DNA of 64,000 nucleotides from a virus (taxonomy: Duplodnaviria > Caudoviricetes), in IMG/VR virus record IMGVR_UViG_3300032330_001742, positions 32,001-96,000 of that record. One strand, written 5' to 3'. A program made the position numbers and the translations under genes. Positions 28,888-37,863 of the stretch are shown here, piece by piece (within the stretch, counting starts at the first letter, position 1; every line of letters starts with the position of its first letter). The notes beneath the pieces are model-generated. The model ran no database searches. It saw only the letters and a program-made list of their open reading frames with translations, and was not told where the DNA came from.

Positions 28888-29655
28888 TTACCTTTCGAGT
28901 GTATTGTTTAGTCGTGCTTCTTCATAAAAATCAAAACGGCACCAATTAGAAAGTGTATACCTTATACCTTTTGTAATAGGAGTAACGCCATGCACATAGT
29001 AAAGGCTTCCTGGAAACATCACTATTGATCCTCGTTCTGGTTTAAAGTGATAGTCAAAGTCTGGAAAGTATAACTCTCCGCCTTCAAAGTCGTCATTTAT
29101 ATATGCAAGTATTGCTAAATCACCACTCCACATGTTAGGCCAAGTCTTCAATTGTTCTTCTTGGCTTGGTCCCTCATCATGATCTGGATCATTATTTACA
29201 TAATGAATATCTAATATGTCTGTATGTGGTGCTAAATATGTATTCTCTGGATGAACCATCATCATACATTTTTGATCTGTAAGATTAGATAGTTTTTCAT
29301 TCCATTCTTTTGCTGCAAAATCAATCATTCTTTTGCTCATCTTTTGCATAAACTTTTCATACTCAAAAGTTACTTTTGGCTTGTCATGGAATCCACGTGC
29401 CAATGTGAGTGGATAGCAGTGAGTGCGTTCAGACATAACCTCGTACTCTTTTACAATTTCCATAAACTCTTGAATTTCATCTTCAGTAAGGAAGTTTTTA
29501 ATATATACAATGTTGTCAATACCCGTTCCATATTTTTCTGTAAATACATCTGCAACCTTTTTATCTTGTTGCCCTTCAAAAAAATAAGGTCTTGGCGTAT
29601 CAATACTTTTAAAAAGTTCATCTAGAACTGGTGTTTGAAATGGATAATTGCTCAT
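28888..29655 (-). CDS. 2OG-Fe(II) dioxygenase (P4H-like)
   Basis: HTD, YINDDFEGGEL, HGV.PI..G.RY. Confidence 0.88.
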   Translation of the reverse strand: MSNYPFQTPVLDELFKSIDTPRPYFFEGQQDKKVADVFTEKYGTGIDNIVYIKNFLTEDEIQEFMEIVKEYEVMSERTHCYPLTLARGFHDKPKVTFEYEKFMQKMSKRMIDFAAKEWNEKLSNLTDQKCMMMVHPENTYLAPHTDILDIHYVNNDPDHDEGPSQEEQLKTWPNMWSGDLAILAYINDDFEGGELYFPDFDYHFKPERGSIVMFPGSLYYVHGVTPITKGIRYTLSNWCRFDFYEEARLNNTLER

Positions 29656-29674
29656 AAAACAATTATACCATTAG

Positions 29675-29746
29675 CACCCCCAGTAGGATTCGAACCTACG
29701 ACTTACTGCTTAGAAGGCAGTTACTCTTCCGCTGAGTTATGGAGGT
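29675..29746 (-). tRNA. tRNA-Arg(UCU)
   Basis: ACCTCCA/TGGGGGT-G; ACTGC-CTTCTAA-GCAGT; A20 present; T loop TTCGAAT. Confidence 0.92.
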
Positions 29747-29750
29747 AAAG

Positions 29751-29821
29751 TAGGCCTAGAAGGTAACGCTCCTTCTTCTCAGGATTAAAAGTCCTGAGCA
29801 TCACTTTAATGCTTTAGGCCC
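29751..29821 (-). tRNA. tRNA-Lys(UUU) with atypical T and D loops
   Basis: GGGCCTA/TAGGCCT-A; CAGGA-CTTTTAA-TCCTG; T arm GAAGG-AGCGTTA-CCTTC. Confidence 0.8.
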
Positions 29822-29963
29822 ATATGTCAGATCAGTTTATCTTTCACCACACTGTAAGGTTTTGTAACCGAGTGCTCTGACAACACCGTGTAGGTTGCTC
29901 TAGAAACCCCTACATATTAGCGTAAACTTCCAACCAATGAGAAGCCATACTAATGTTACTTTG

Positions 29964-30036
29964 TGCCCCCAACGGGATTCGAACCCGTGTTACCGCCGTG
30001 AAAGGGCGATGTCCTAGGCCTCTAGACGATGGGGAC
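29964..30036 (-). tRNA. tRNA-Glu(UUC)
   Basis: GTCCCCA/TGGGGGC-A; TCGCC-CTTTCAC-GGCGG; T loop TTCGAAT. Confidence 0.93.
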
Positions 30037-30038
30037 CT

Positions 30039-30112
30039 TGGAGCGGATGATGAGAATCGAACTCACCCCTTCTGCTTGGAAGGCAGAGGCACTACCAATA
30101 TGCAACATCCGC
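30039..30112 (-). tRNA. tRNA-Gly(UCC)
   Basis: GCGGATG/CATCCGC-T-CCA; TCTGC-CTTCCAA-GCAGA. Confidence 0.93.
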
Positions 30113-30118
30113 AATACT

Positions 30119-30601
30119 TTAAACTTTTTTATCTTTAATTTTTTTATACATATTTTTGTTTGGATATAACTTTTCCATTTCTGCATCAAAATCTTCTGAA
30201 CCAATCCAAAATATTTTATCTGATACATGCCAACAAAAGTTAATGTTATTAGACAAACAATATGATATACCCCAGGATAGCACATCCGAGTCCATTTTTC
30301 TACCAGCCTCAACAAGCAATAAATATTCTATTGAGTTAATATCCTTTTTAACAAAAATTGATCCAACAACAGAAGGCTTTAAAGCAAGTGGTACACGCTC
30401 ATTAATAAGCCACTCACACTCAAAATTTTTACATGGGTGCTGTGGTCTATCTTCATATTCTTTGCAGCCTTTTCCAATTTCTAGAAAATGACAATTTTTG
30501 CCAGGGTACATCTTATGACCACGAATATCTCCAGCAAGCCAACCTTCACAGCAACGTGTACAGTCACCGCAAGTACGATTAAGTAATGGTAGTTGTGTCA
30601 T
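30119..30601 (-). CDS. YkgJ-like CxxCxxCC cysteine-cluster protein
   Basis: CGDCTRCC...CHFL...C..Y..RP..C..F.C. Confidence 0.75.
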   Translation of the reverse strand: MTQLPLLNRTCGDCTRCCEGWLAGDIRGHKMYPGKNCHFLEIGKGCKEYEDRPQHPCKNFECEWLINERVPLALKPSVVGSIFVKKDINSIEYLLLVEAGRKMDSDVLSWGISYCLSNNINFCWHVSDKIFWIGSEDFDAEMEKLYPNKNMYKKIKDKKV

Positions 30602-30800
30602 TGTTCCTCTTAGTAATTAGGTATGGATTTAATTCTTTTATTACAGACAGTGCAATTTGTATATGTTCTCATTGTGAATGGACATGAGGAATCTATGGTA
30701 TGTTTATGCCTACATGCTGATTGCTTTAAAAGCATCAGCGTTACCTTAAAAAACTCTTTGATCATTACTTTAGTATAGCATCACCTGCTATAATTGTAAA

Positions 30801-31352
30801 GTGCAACCATACATCATTAAAAATTTTATTAGCAATGAAGATGCTAATTTAATAATAGAGTTTATTGAAAAAAATGATAAACAGGATAGTGATAAAATTA
30901 AAAGAAGACTTATTCGTTTTGGAATAGATAATTTTAATGGTACAACAGGAACAGTTGATGAGGCAGGCCAAATTGGCCAGTTGGTAAAGTCACACGCTCT
31001 AAATGTTATTAATCTAATTAAAGATAAGCATGAAGATTCTTCAGAAATTTATCTATCTACACTGTGGCTATCAAAACAAATACCAGGGTCCAATGTTTTG
31101 GCTCACAGAGATACAGATGGTGGTATGAGCATGCACTATAAATATAGCGGAATTATATATTTAAATACACAAGAAAATGGTGGAGAAATATCTTTTCCTA
31201 AACTTGGTATTGATTATAAACCAGAGGGTTGTGATCTAGTTTTCTTTAATTGCAGAGATAGAAGGTCTGTGCATAAAGTTAAAGAAACAACTCAAAATAG
31301 ATATGCAATCCCAATGTGGTTTACTGATGATCCAAAATTTGCAATGGCTTAA
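30801..31352 (+). CDS. 2OG-Fe(II) dioxygenase (P4H-like)
   Basis: HRD, YLN....GGEISF, HKV, RYAIPMW. Confidence 0.85.
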   Translation: MQPYIIKNFISNEDANLIIEFIEKNDKQDSDKIKRRLIRFGIDNFNGTTGTVDEAGQIGQLVKSHALNVINLIKDKHEDSSEIYLSTLWLSKQIPGSNVLAHRDTDGGMSMHYKYSGIIYLNTQENGGEISFPKLGIDYKPEGCDLVFFNCRDRRSVHKVKETTQNRYAIPMWFTDDPKFAMA

Positions 31353-31749
31353 GGTATCTAACTTCATCAATAATTTTATGTTTAAGTGCCTGATTAATCA
31401 TTTGGTCTGAATATGAGTTTGGTTCTGGTGTATCAGAAAAATATACTACATAATACATGTGGCTGTATATTGTTTTCATAATTGCCCCATTGGCAATTGC
31501 TTTTTTTACATTATCTGTTCTTTTTGCTCCAGGCCTTTTCTTTTCGCCCTCTAGGCCACCCTTGCATTCAACATATTCATATCTTTCACCTTTAGCAAGA
31601 TAATCAACCTCGCAACCAGTATTTTTCATATAAACATTTTTTTCTATTTCTACAAATCCTCTAGTAACCAAATCATTAAATACTAAATCTTCAAAAGCAT
31701 CTCCAGATTTTTTAGATTGAGATTGAAAATTATTTTGATTATAGTTCAT
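31321..31749 (-). CDS. PD-(D/E)xK endonuclease-like protein
   Basis: GDAFE, EVDY, VECKG. Confidence 0.7.
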   Translation of the reverse strand: MNYNQNNFQSQSKKSGDAFEDLVFNDLVTRGFVEIEKNVYMKNTGCEVDYLAKGERYEYVECKGGLEGEKKRPGAKRTDNVKKAIANGAIMKTIYSHMYYVVYFSDTPEPNSYSDQMINQALKHKIIDEVRYLKPLQILDHQ

Positions 31750-31783
31750 TAAACAATGGTACCACATCTGATATAATAATTCA

Positions 31784-32443
31784 ATGACTATTTTTTTTAA
31801 TCCATTTAGAAATATTGATCACCCCTATATTGAAAACTTAACGATATCTGAGCGTCAACTCAAAAGGGCAAAAGTTTATGAGAGCAGGTGGGTCTGGCTT
31901 TCCTCATTAAATCCTGGCGGTGAGATAATGGAGGTTGGAGTTGCAGCAGGAGATTTTTCGGAATCAATAATTAAAAAAGCAATGCCTGAAAAATTATACC
32001 TTGTAGACACATACGAGCAAGGAGATATACAGTTAGCAAATTCTGCAAGAAAGCCTAGATATGATATTGGTGAAAATTTAGATTATATAAAAAACAAATT
32101 TAAAGATAAAAAAGAAGTAGTTATTTTAGAAGGTTTGAGTCAAGACATACTGCCAGTTCTTGCACGTGGATCACATAAGTTTGATATGATCTATTTAGAT
32201 GCAATGCATACATTTGAAGAGGTATGTACTGATATAGAAAACTCAATTCCGCTCTTAAAAAGAGATGGTATTTTAGCAATTAATGATTACGTACTTCGTG
32301 ATGAAAATGGTGAAAACTATGGAGTTGTACAGGCTGTAAATCAATTTCTTTATGCAAATCCTCAATGGCAAGTAATAGGCTTGGCACTAGATAATAGAAT
32401 GTATATGGATATTTATTTACAAAAGTCTTATGCACCGTTGTAG
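31784..32443 (+). CDS. class I SAM-dependent methyltransferase (Methyltransf_24-like)
   Basis: MEVGVAAGDFS, FDMIYLDAMH, GILAINDY; paralog of 27978. Confidence 0.85.
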   Translation: MTIFFNPFRNIDHPYIENLTISERQLKRAKVYESRWVWLSSLNPGGEIMEVGVAAGDFSESIIKKAMPEKLYLVDTYEQGDIQLANSARKPRYDIGENLDYIKNKFKDKKEVVILEGLSQDILPVLARGSHKFDMIYLDAMHTFEEVCTDIENSIPLLKRDGILAINDYVLRDENGENYGVVQAVNQFLYANPQWQVIGLALDNRMYMDIYLQKSYAPL

Positions 32444-32926
32444 CAAAGAATTATAAAGTTCCCAAGATTTTTCTAAATTATAATTCTTTGTATTTAGTTC
32501 TTGTTCAGGTCCACCTTCAGGCTCATACTTATTTACATGTACATCTGTTTTGTTTATTACATCATTACGTAAAGACTCTCTTCCAGTCTTTGTTTTATAA
32601 TTTTGTTCATCTAAGTTTAACTTATCAAACAAATCAATTATAAAGTAATTAGTTTTATTAACAACATCGTCCTCATGATATAGATATTGCGCTTTTGCAG
32701 CATCTTCTAGTGTTTTGTTATATAAGGATATAAAAAGTTCTAGAGTTGGATTATCTTGTGCTCTTCCAATAGATTTAATTGGATCATCAATAATTGCTAC
32801 AGTAACAACATCTTCTGTCTCACTATTAAACTTAAGAGGTACATGTGGAACTTGAATTCGCTGCTCAATATGAGCCTCTGCTATATTTTTTGCGGGACCA
32901 GGGTAAGAAATTAAGTTAAGATTCAT
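32417..32926 (-). CDS. hypothetical protein, possibly a degenerate sulfotransferase-like fold
   Basis: ISYPGPAKN and IIDDPIKSI loosely echo ORF 23896. Confidence 0.45.
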   Translation of the reverse strand: MNLNLISYPGPAKNIAEAHIEQRIQVPHVPLKFNSETEDVVTVAIIDDPIKSIGRAQDNPTLELFISLYNKTLEDAAKAQYLYHEDDVVNKTNYFIIDLFDKLNLDEQNYKTKTGRESLRNDVINKTDVHVNKYEPEGGPEQELNTKNYNLEKSWELYNSLLQRCIRLL

Positions 32927-33052
32927 AAGTATTAGTATACCAGAGCAGATTCAAAAGCATCGTCATCATTTGTGCATTCAGAGTGGTACATGGCAAAAAA
33001 TACTTTATCCCGATCTGTCTCATATGGCATTACCTTACCGCATACGCACTCT

Positions 33053-33262
33053 TTATTCATCACGCTTCCAGTGCATGTATGACCTTATGTAAGTGGCTGC
33101 ATAAGCCAAGGATGCAAAGATAAAACCATATTGACGGGTAGTTATGGCATAAACCATCCACAAACACTCATTAAACAAGAGTACAAACCAACCCCATATG
33201 GTCTTACGACCAACAAAGAAGATTCCTGTAACCCCAATCAGGGCTAGTACCCATGACCACAT
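33053..33262 (-). CDS. small PnuC-like membrane protein
   Basis: MWSWVL..IGV.G......K..WGW...NE.LW. Confidence 0.55.
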   Translation of the reverse strand: MWSWVLALIGVTGIFFVGRKTIWGWFVLLFNECLWMVYAITTRQYGFIFASLAYAATYIRSYMHWKRDE

Positions 33263-33689
33263 TTACTTTGAAGAAGCCAAAGCCATAACTGCGTCACATG
33301 GACAAATGATAGATTCTGGTAGTTCATGAACCTTTGTTGTAATTACAATAGATGTCTTGCATTCTTCACACTTATATGTATTTTTCATATATCAATCATA
33401 CCATAGTTACGATACTAAGCCAATAACAACGTGGTCTTTACAAACAAGAGACATAAAATAGTCTGGATCTTCTCCAACTAACTGTGTATAATCACCTGGC
33501 TTATCGCAATAGTGACACTTATCTTGGGGTCTATTTTCAATCATTATCTGATTATATCATACTAGACCTTATTTGTTATGTTCTTCTACCTTATCTTTAG
33601 GCACCCAAACTTTTTTACCATCTTTATATACAGGCCAATAACCTAATGAACGCCAGTCCATATTCATAATTTTTGGATCTTTTGGCATT

Positions 33690-34223
33690 TTACTCGTATA
33701 CGTTAATAATAATATGAATGCGTGGCTCAGTGCCATCATTTCTTACACCATGATTACGCAAATTATCAATTTCCCAAACTGAGTTAAGTGGCATATTGAA
33801 CTCACCATCTTCAAACCTATAGAAAGCCTGATCATTTGTTAAAATAGGGAAGTGAACACGGTGAATATTTTCTAAGAAATCTCCACCATCTTGATGCATT
33901 TGAATTCTATGACCAACCCCCAAACGAGCAACAAGTGCAACATATTCACGCATATTTGGAAATTTGTTCTTTAGATAGTCTAAGTATGGTTGAAGCACTT
34001 TTTCATATTTATCAAAAAGTGGCATATTTTCAATAGTGTCGTTTGTATATTTTTTTGAATGTCTAAGAACAATAGAGTCATAAGAGGACTTGCCGTAATT
34101 GTCTACCATAGACTTTCGGTAATCAAGAACTCCCCAGTCCTCTTCATCCATTACGCTCATGAAGTTGGCAGCAAATTCTGCTGGAACATCTTCCATTCTG
34201 ATATAAGGTACGTCTAAATGCAT
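33690..34223 (-). CDS. Asp/Asn beta-hydroxylase-like dioxygenase
   Basis: HQD, HRVHFPILTN, WEIDN...HGVRN...RIHIII. Confidence 0.85.
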   Translation of the reverse strand: MHLDVPYIRMEDVPAEFAANFMSVMDEEDWGVLDYRKSMVDNYGKSSYDSIVLRHSKKYTNDTIENMPLFDKYEKVLQPYLDYLKNKFPNMREYVALVARLGVGHRIQMHQDGGDFLENIHRVHFPILTNDQAFYRFEDGEFNMPLNSVWEIDNLRNHGVRNDGTEPRIHIIINVYE

Positions 34224-34308
34224 TTTAATCCTCCATTAATTCTTTTATTATACAGCAAATTTATAATATTCCCAATCAATATTATTAATGCTAAGCCAAT
34301 CTAAATAA

Positions 34309-34674
34309 TTAACTATCATTGCTTAAGGCCCTTGCTTCTGCTTTTCGCATAAAGGTTCTGTGTCTATGGCAATTGGCACAAACTATCTCACATTTTGCTA
34401 TCTCAGCATTAACTGAGTCTAGACCTCTGCCTTTAACTCCAGAAGATGATAGAGCAAAAGACTTCTCAAACTCTGGTAAGTGATCAAAATCCAAAACATG
34501 CGGGGGATAATCAATTCCACAATCAACACAGATAGGATTATTAGCCTTATGGTCAGACACATACTTTCTAATCCAAGAGACCTTAGATTTTATATCAATT
34601 AATCTTGCTTCTTTATTGCGCTGATACCATAAGCGCTGAACACGATTACGCTCTTCTCTATTTTTAATAGGCAT
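34309..34674 (-). CDS. HNH-like zinc-binding endonuclease
   Basis: CVDCG...LDFDH...CEIVCANCHR; paralog of 20954. Confidence 0.8.
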   Translation of the reverse strand: MPIKNREERNRVQRLWYQRNKEARLIDIKSKVSWIRKYVSDHKANNPICVDCGIDYPPHVLDFDHLPEFEKSFALSSSGVKGRGLDSVNAEIAKCEIVCANCHRHRTFMRKAEARALSNDS

Positions 34675-34880
34675 TAATAACCACCCATACACTCATTTCT
34701 TGTATGATATAGCCTAATCTTATTCATAATCTTTTTGTTAGGAGCATAGAGTTCTTCTCCACAGCAAGGTGTAGTTAGATGCCATTCTTTAGCAAAGAAG
34801 TCATAGACAAAGCCTTTAGCATTAGCATACTTGTTGGCTACAAAAATCTCAAATGGATCTGGAATCTCTAGATTGATCAT
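34674..34880 (-). CDS. hypothetical protein
   Basis: ORF containing EIPDPF...CCGEELYAP. Confidence 0.55.
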   Translation of the reverse strand: MINLEIPDPFEIFVANKYANAKGFVYDFFAKEWHLTTPCCGEELYAPNKKIMNKIRLYHTRNECMGGY

Positions 34881-35450
34881 TGAGGCGGTACACATTCAGA
34901 ACAAAATGCTACACCTGTTTTAGCAACACGAGCATTGACAGGATTAACATAGACAGCATCTGCTTTATCAATATGTCTGCGACATACATAACATTTAGTC
35001 ATTGGTGCTCTTTCTTAATATGATTAGTTAGAGTATGGTGTGCAAAAGGTGACCTAACCTCAATCTCACGTTTACAGTTAGGACAGATAACGATTCTAGT
35101 ACTCAATGCTAAACCAGAACCATAGGAAGTCTATGCTGAACTGATATCGATCAATACGAAAGCCTAGACCAAAGCCTTTAGAGTAGCCAATATGAACCCA
35201 TTTGCCTTTGATATCAAACTCTTTATTCATTGGAGTATTCGTAATCTAATAGGTACTTAATGCTGTTCAAAAGTGCGAGGGCAATGAATGCACTCTTCCA
35301 ATAATTAATCTTATCATCCATAAACGATAGTCCAAGAGCCATACCTAGTATAAAAGGCGCTCCGTTAATAAGGGATCTATATATTTTAGTCATAATACAA
35401 TTGTATCAGATAGGGTGGTTTGGGTCAAGTGTGTTATACTGAAAATGCAA

Positions 35451-35521
35451 TTCGGGTTCGTATAATGGTAGTACTCCAGGTTCCGAACCTGATAACGATG
35501 GATCGTAACCATCACCCGAAG
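35451..35521 (+). tRNA. tRNA with a CCG anticodon (nominally Arg) and a Gln-like body
   Basis: TTCGGGT/ACCCGAA-G; CAGG-TTCCGAA-CCTG; T arm GATGG-ATCGTAA-CCATC; TGTTATACT just upstream. Confidence 0.7.
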
Positions 35522-35719
35522 CAATCTTTAAAGTTCGGCGCAAAATAGAGTTACCAAACCTTTCTATGCCCTACAAGGGCACTATCGGTTAGTCTTCTCA
35601 GTTTTACGCTTTTTCAAGGGGTAAACAAAAAGATACAGTAAACTCTCTATAATCGCTATACTACAAACACCTAGCATAAAGTAAATCCAATAGATATATA
35701 GAACCCATACATCTTTCAT

Positions 35720-35908
35720 TTATTTACATGCCAAACAATAGTATGGGCTACGAAGGTTATCCACATGTGTTTGTATTCTTTGAGAACATTTAGAGCATGT
35801 AGCCAAAACCATGTTTGGATCTTTTTCTGATATTTCTATAGTAAATTGTTTTGTATAGTAGATTTTTGTAGCATACCATGTTGCTGCCATAAGGATTAAA
35901 GTAATCAT
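35720..35908 (-). CDS. small membrane/zinc-ribbon protein
   Basis: N-terminal hydrophobic stretch, CSKC...CLAC. Confidence 0.5.
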   Translation of the reverse strand: MITLILMAATWYATKIYYTKQFTIEISEKDPNMVLATCSKCSQRIQTHVDNLRSPYYCLACK

Positions 35909-35993
35909 ATATACATCATATCACATCAAAGTTAACAGGTTTATCCACAGTTTAATAGGCTCAAAAATGTTAGTTATCCACATGTTATCCACA
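35757..35993 (+). promoter_or_regulatory. cluster of four perfect DnaA boxes
   Basis: TTATCCACA at 35757, 35941, 35974 and 35985. Confidence 0.75.
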
Positions 35994-36031
35994 TATAAAT
36001 CTTACTGATTATTTAATTAGATAGTCTAGAA

Positions 36032-36152
36032 GTGGAGTGTTGTGGAGGATAGTGGAGCATTGAGCACTTTAAAGAGGGCGTTCGTAATCCCCGCTTTTTT
36101 CAAACCTCCATATCCAAACCTTATACCACATATCCAAACCTTTGTCAAACCT
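36032..36152 (+). repeat. iteron-like short direct repeats
   Basis: GTGGAG at 36032/36042/36052; CAAACCT at 36101, 36115, 36135, 36146 (CATATCCAAACCTT twice, 20 bp apart). Confidence 0.75.
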
Positions 36153-36363
36153 TTATATCTGCCAAATTGGGATGCATTATATATCAAACATTAGTGTTTG
36201 TCAACTTTGTTTTGACACAAAACATTATGACATCGTAAAGGATTTTTGGCAAATTTTGAGTTAAATCGTAATAAATTTAATTAGATTGTTTTAAATTAAA
36301 ATATATCAAACAAAATGTTTGAAAACAATTAAATACTATTGTTTGTCTATATAGGAGTGTTTG

Positions 36364-36642
36364 TTACTCTTCAAAGGATGATAGATTATCAAAGAGATCT
36401 ATTGGTATCCCCTGGGAAAATTGGTATACCTCTGCGTATGCCTGGCCTAGCGCCTCGGCTGCGTCTGAGTCCTTGTAGTCTATGGCATCGGCCAGAAAAT
36501 CGGGGGTAAAAGAAAAGAAACGATTGACTATAGGAACATGCTTCGTAATAGATACAAAACTATTCCACATAGAGTTAGAAAATGCTTCATATTCTTTTGG
36601 TTGTTGCTTTGCATAGTTTGCAAAGTGATGTCTTGGACTCAT
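36364..36642 (-). CDS. hypothetical protein (leaderless)
   Basis: MSPRHHF... starts 6 nt after TGGTATAAT on the minus strand. Confidence 0.55.
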   Translation of the reverse strand: MSPRHHFANYAKQQPKEYEAFSNSMWNSFVSITKHVPIVNRFFSFTPDFLADAIDYKDSDAAEALGQAYAEVYQFSQGIPIDLFDNLSSFEE

Positions 36643-36765
36643 AAAATTATTATACCATTGTTTGACAAATAGAAGGTTTGGCGATATAATCCATGGATCG
36701 TAATATGGGGATCGTAAAGGTCGGTTCGTAATCCTTTTTAGCCGAAGCCGAGCCGAAACAAGTAA

Positions 36766-36781
36766 GGGGGCTTTCGCCCCC
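36766..36781 (-). terminator. GNRA-loop terminator hairpin
   Basis: GGGGGC-GAAA-GCCCCC followed by TTACTTGTTT on the minus strand. Confidence 0.65.
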
Positions 36782-36786
36782 AAACC

Positions 36787-37044
36787 TTATCCTATTGAAA
36801 ATATCTCATTCAATGTTTCAAACCCTTTATCCTCTAGGCTCATAGCCTCTAGCAATAGGTCAAAGGATTCATTGATATAAGCCTCAGCCACTACTGTAGA
36901 CTTTACAATATCCTCATGAATAGCAAAAGCCAAAGACAATCCCAAATCATTATATTCCATATAGTCTGATAGTTCTGTTTCATCTTTGTATTGCATCCAC
37001 AGATCAGATAGGATTTCACAACGCTTCTCAATACTTGTATTCAT
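36787..37044 (-). CDS. hypothetical acidic protein
   Basis: MNTSIEKRCEILSDLW... Confidence 0.65.
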   Translation of the reverse strand: MNTSIEKRCEILSDLWMQYKDETELSDYMEYNDLGLSLAFAIHEDIVKSTVVAEAYINESFDLLLEAMSLEDKGFETLNEIFSIG

Positions 37045-37225
37045 TATGGCTCTCTTCCTTTTCATACTGTGCTGACTCTGCTACAGTTATAAGTCTATTA
37101 TACACGACAGTAGGTGATATCTTTGCCAAGTATCTACCCACCATTTCTATATCTAGTCTTAGGTCTGATAAGATATTATTTAGTTTAATTACCGCTTTTT
37201 CTTCCTCTGTTATTCTGTGTCTCAT
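37028..37225 (-). CDS. hypothetical protein
   Basis: MRHRITEEEK..., overlaps the next gene. Confidence 0.6.
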   Translation of the reverse strand: MRHRITEEEKAVIKLNNILSDLRLDIEMVGRYLAKISPTVVYNRLITVAESAQYEKEESHNEYKY

Positions 37226-37298
37226 ACTACTCCTAACGCTCCAGTATATCAAAAATAGGAGGAAGGGGCAAGCCACCCAATAGCCTGCCCCATTCCTA

Positions 37299-37670
37299 TT
37301 AGACGCTGAGGAGAGACCCAGTATCCTCAGCCACAGTGGCATATGCCGCCACAAACTTATCCCAAGTAACAGGGACATTATCAGTAACAGTCTTATTAGT
37401 AAAGTCAATGACTACGGTTTGTTCACCTAGGTCATAGTTCTCACCATTAACTGCATAAATTCCAAACCCTGTCTCATCCAAAACATTATGTTGAATAAGA
37501 TAACTAATCATCATACGGGTGCCATATGAAGAATCAGACCAACGTGGACGTGCATGCTGCAGGGCACCTGCAATGTCAGTCTCCCAGCCATCTTGGCCCC
37601 AATGGCTGTATAAGACAACGCTAGGACCTGACTCTGAGTCTTTAAATACAAAGTTAATACGTGCTCCCAT
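37299..37670 (-). CDS. conserved-looking phage early protein
   Basis: MGARINF...VVLYSHWG...ARPRW.D..Y.TR. Confidence 0.7.
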   Translation of the reverse strand: MGARINFVFKDSESGPSVVLYSHWGQDGWETDIAGALQHARPRWSDSSYGTRMMISYLIQHNVLDETGFGIYAVNGENYDLGEQTVVIDFTNKTVTDNVPVTWDKFVAAYATVAEDTGSLLSV

Positions 37671-37671
37671 T

Positions 37672-37863
37672 TTATTCCTCTTCCTCTTCTTCTTGCTCTT
37701 CTACGGATTCTACTTCTATAGGATACCAGTCAATGGCGTATTCTTCAATGTCACCTTCAAGTTCTAACTGTCTTACTTGATCTTCAGCATCCATCTCATC
37801 AGGTGCTTCAATCTCAAACTCGTAGTGGGTTTCTCGTGTTGCAGTAACTGTATATCTAGGCAT
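37672..37863 (-). CDS. small acidic protein
   Basis: MPRYTV...FEIEA, poly-Glu tail. Confidence 0.6.
   Translation of the reverse strand: MPRYTVTATRETHYEFEIEAPDEMDAEDQVRQLELEGDIEEYAIDWYPIEVESVEEQEEEEEE

Noticed and set aside
29953-30315. ORFs 29953-30138 and 30022-30315
   Set aside because: They overlap tRNA-Glu, tRNA-Gly and the YkgJ-like gene; no coding signal of their own
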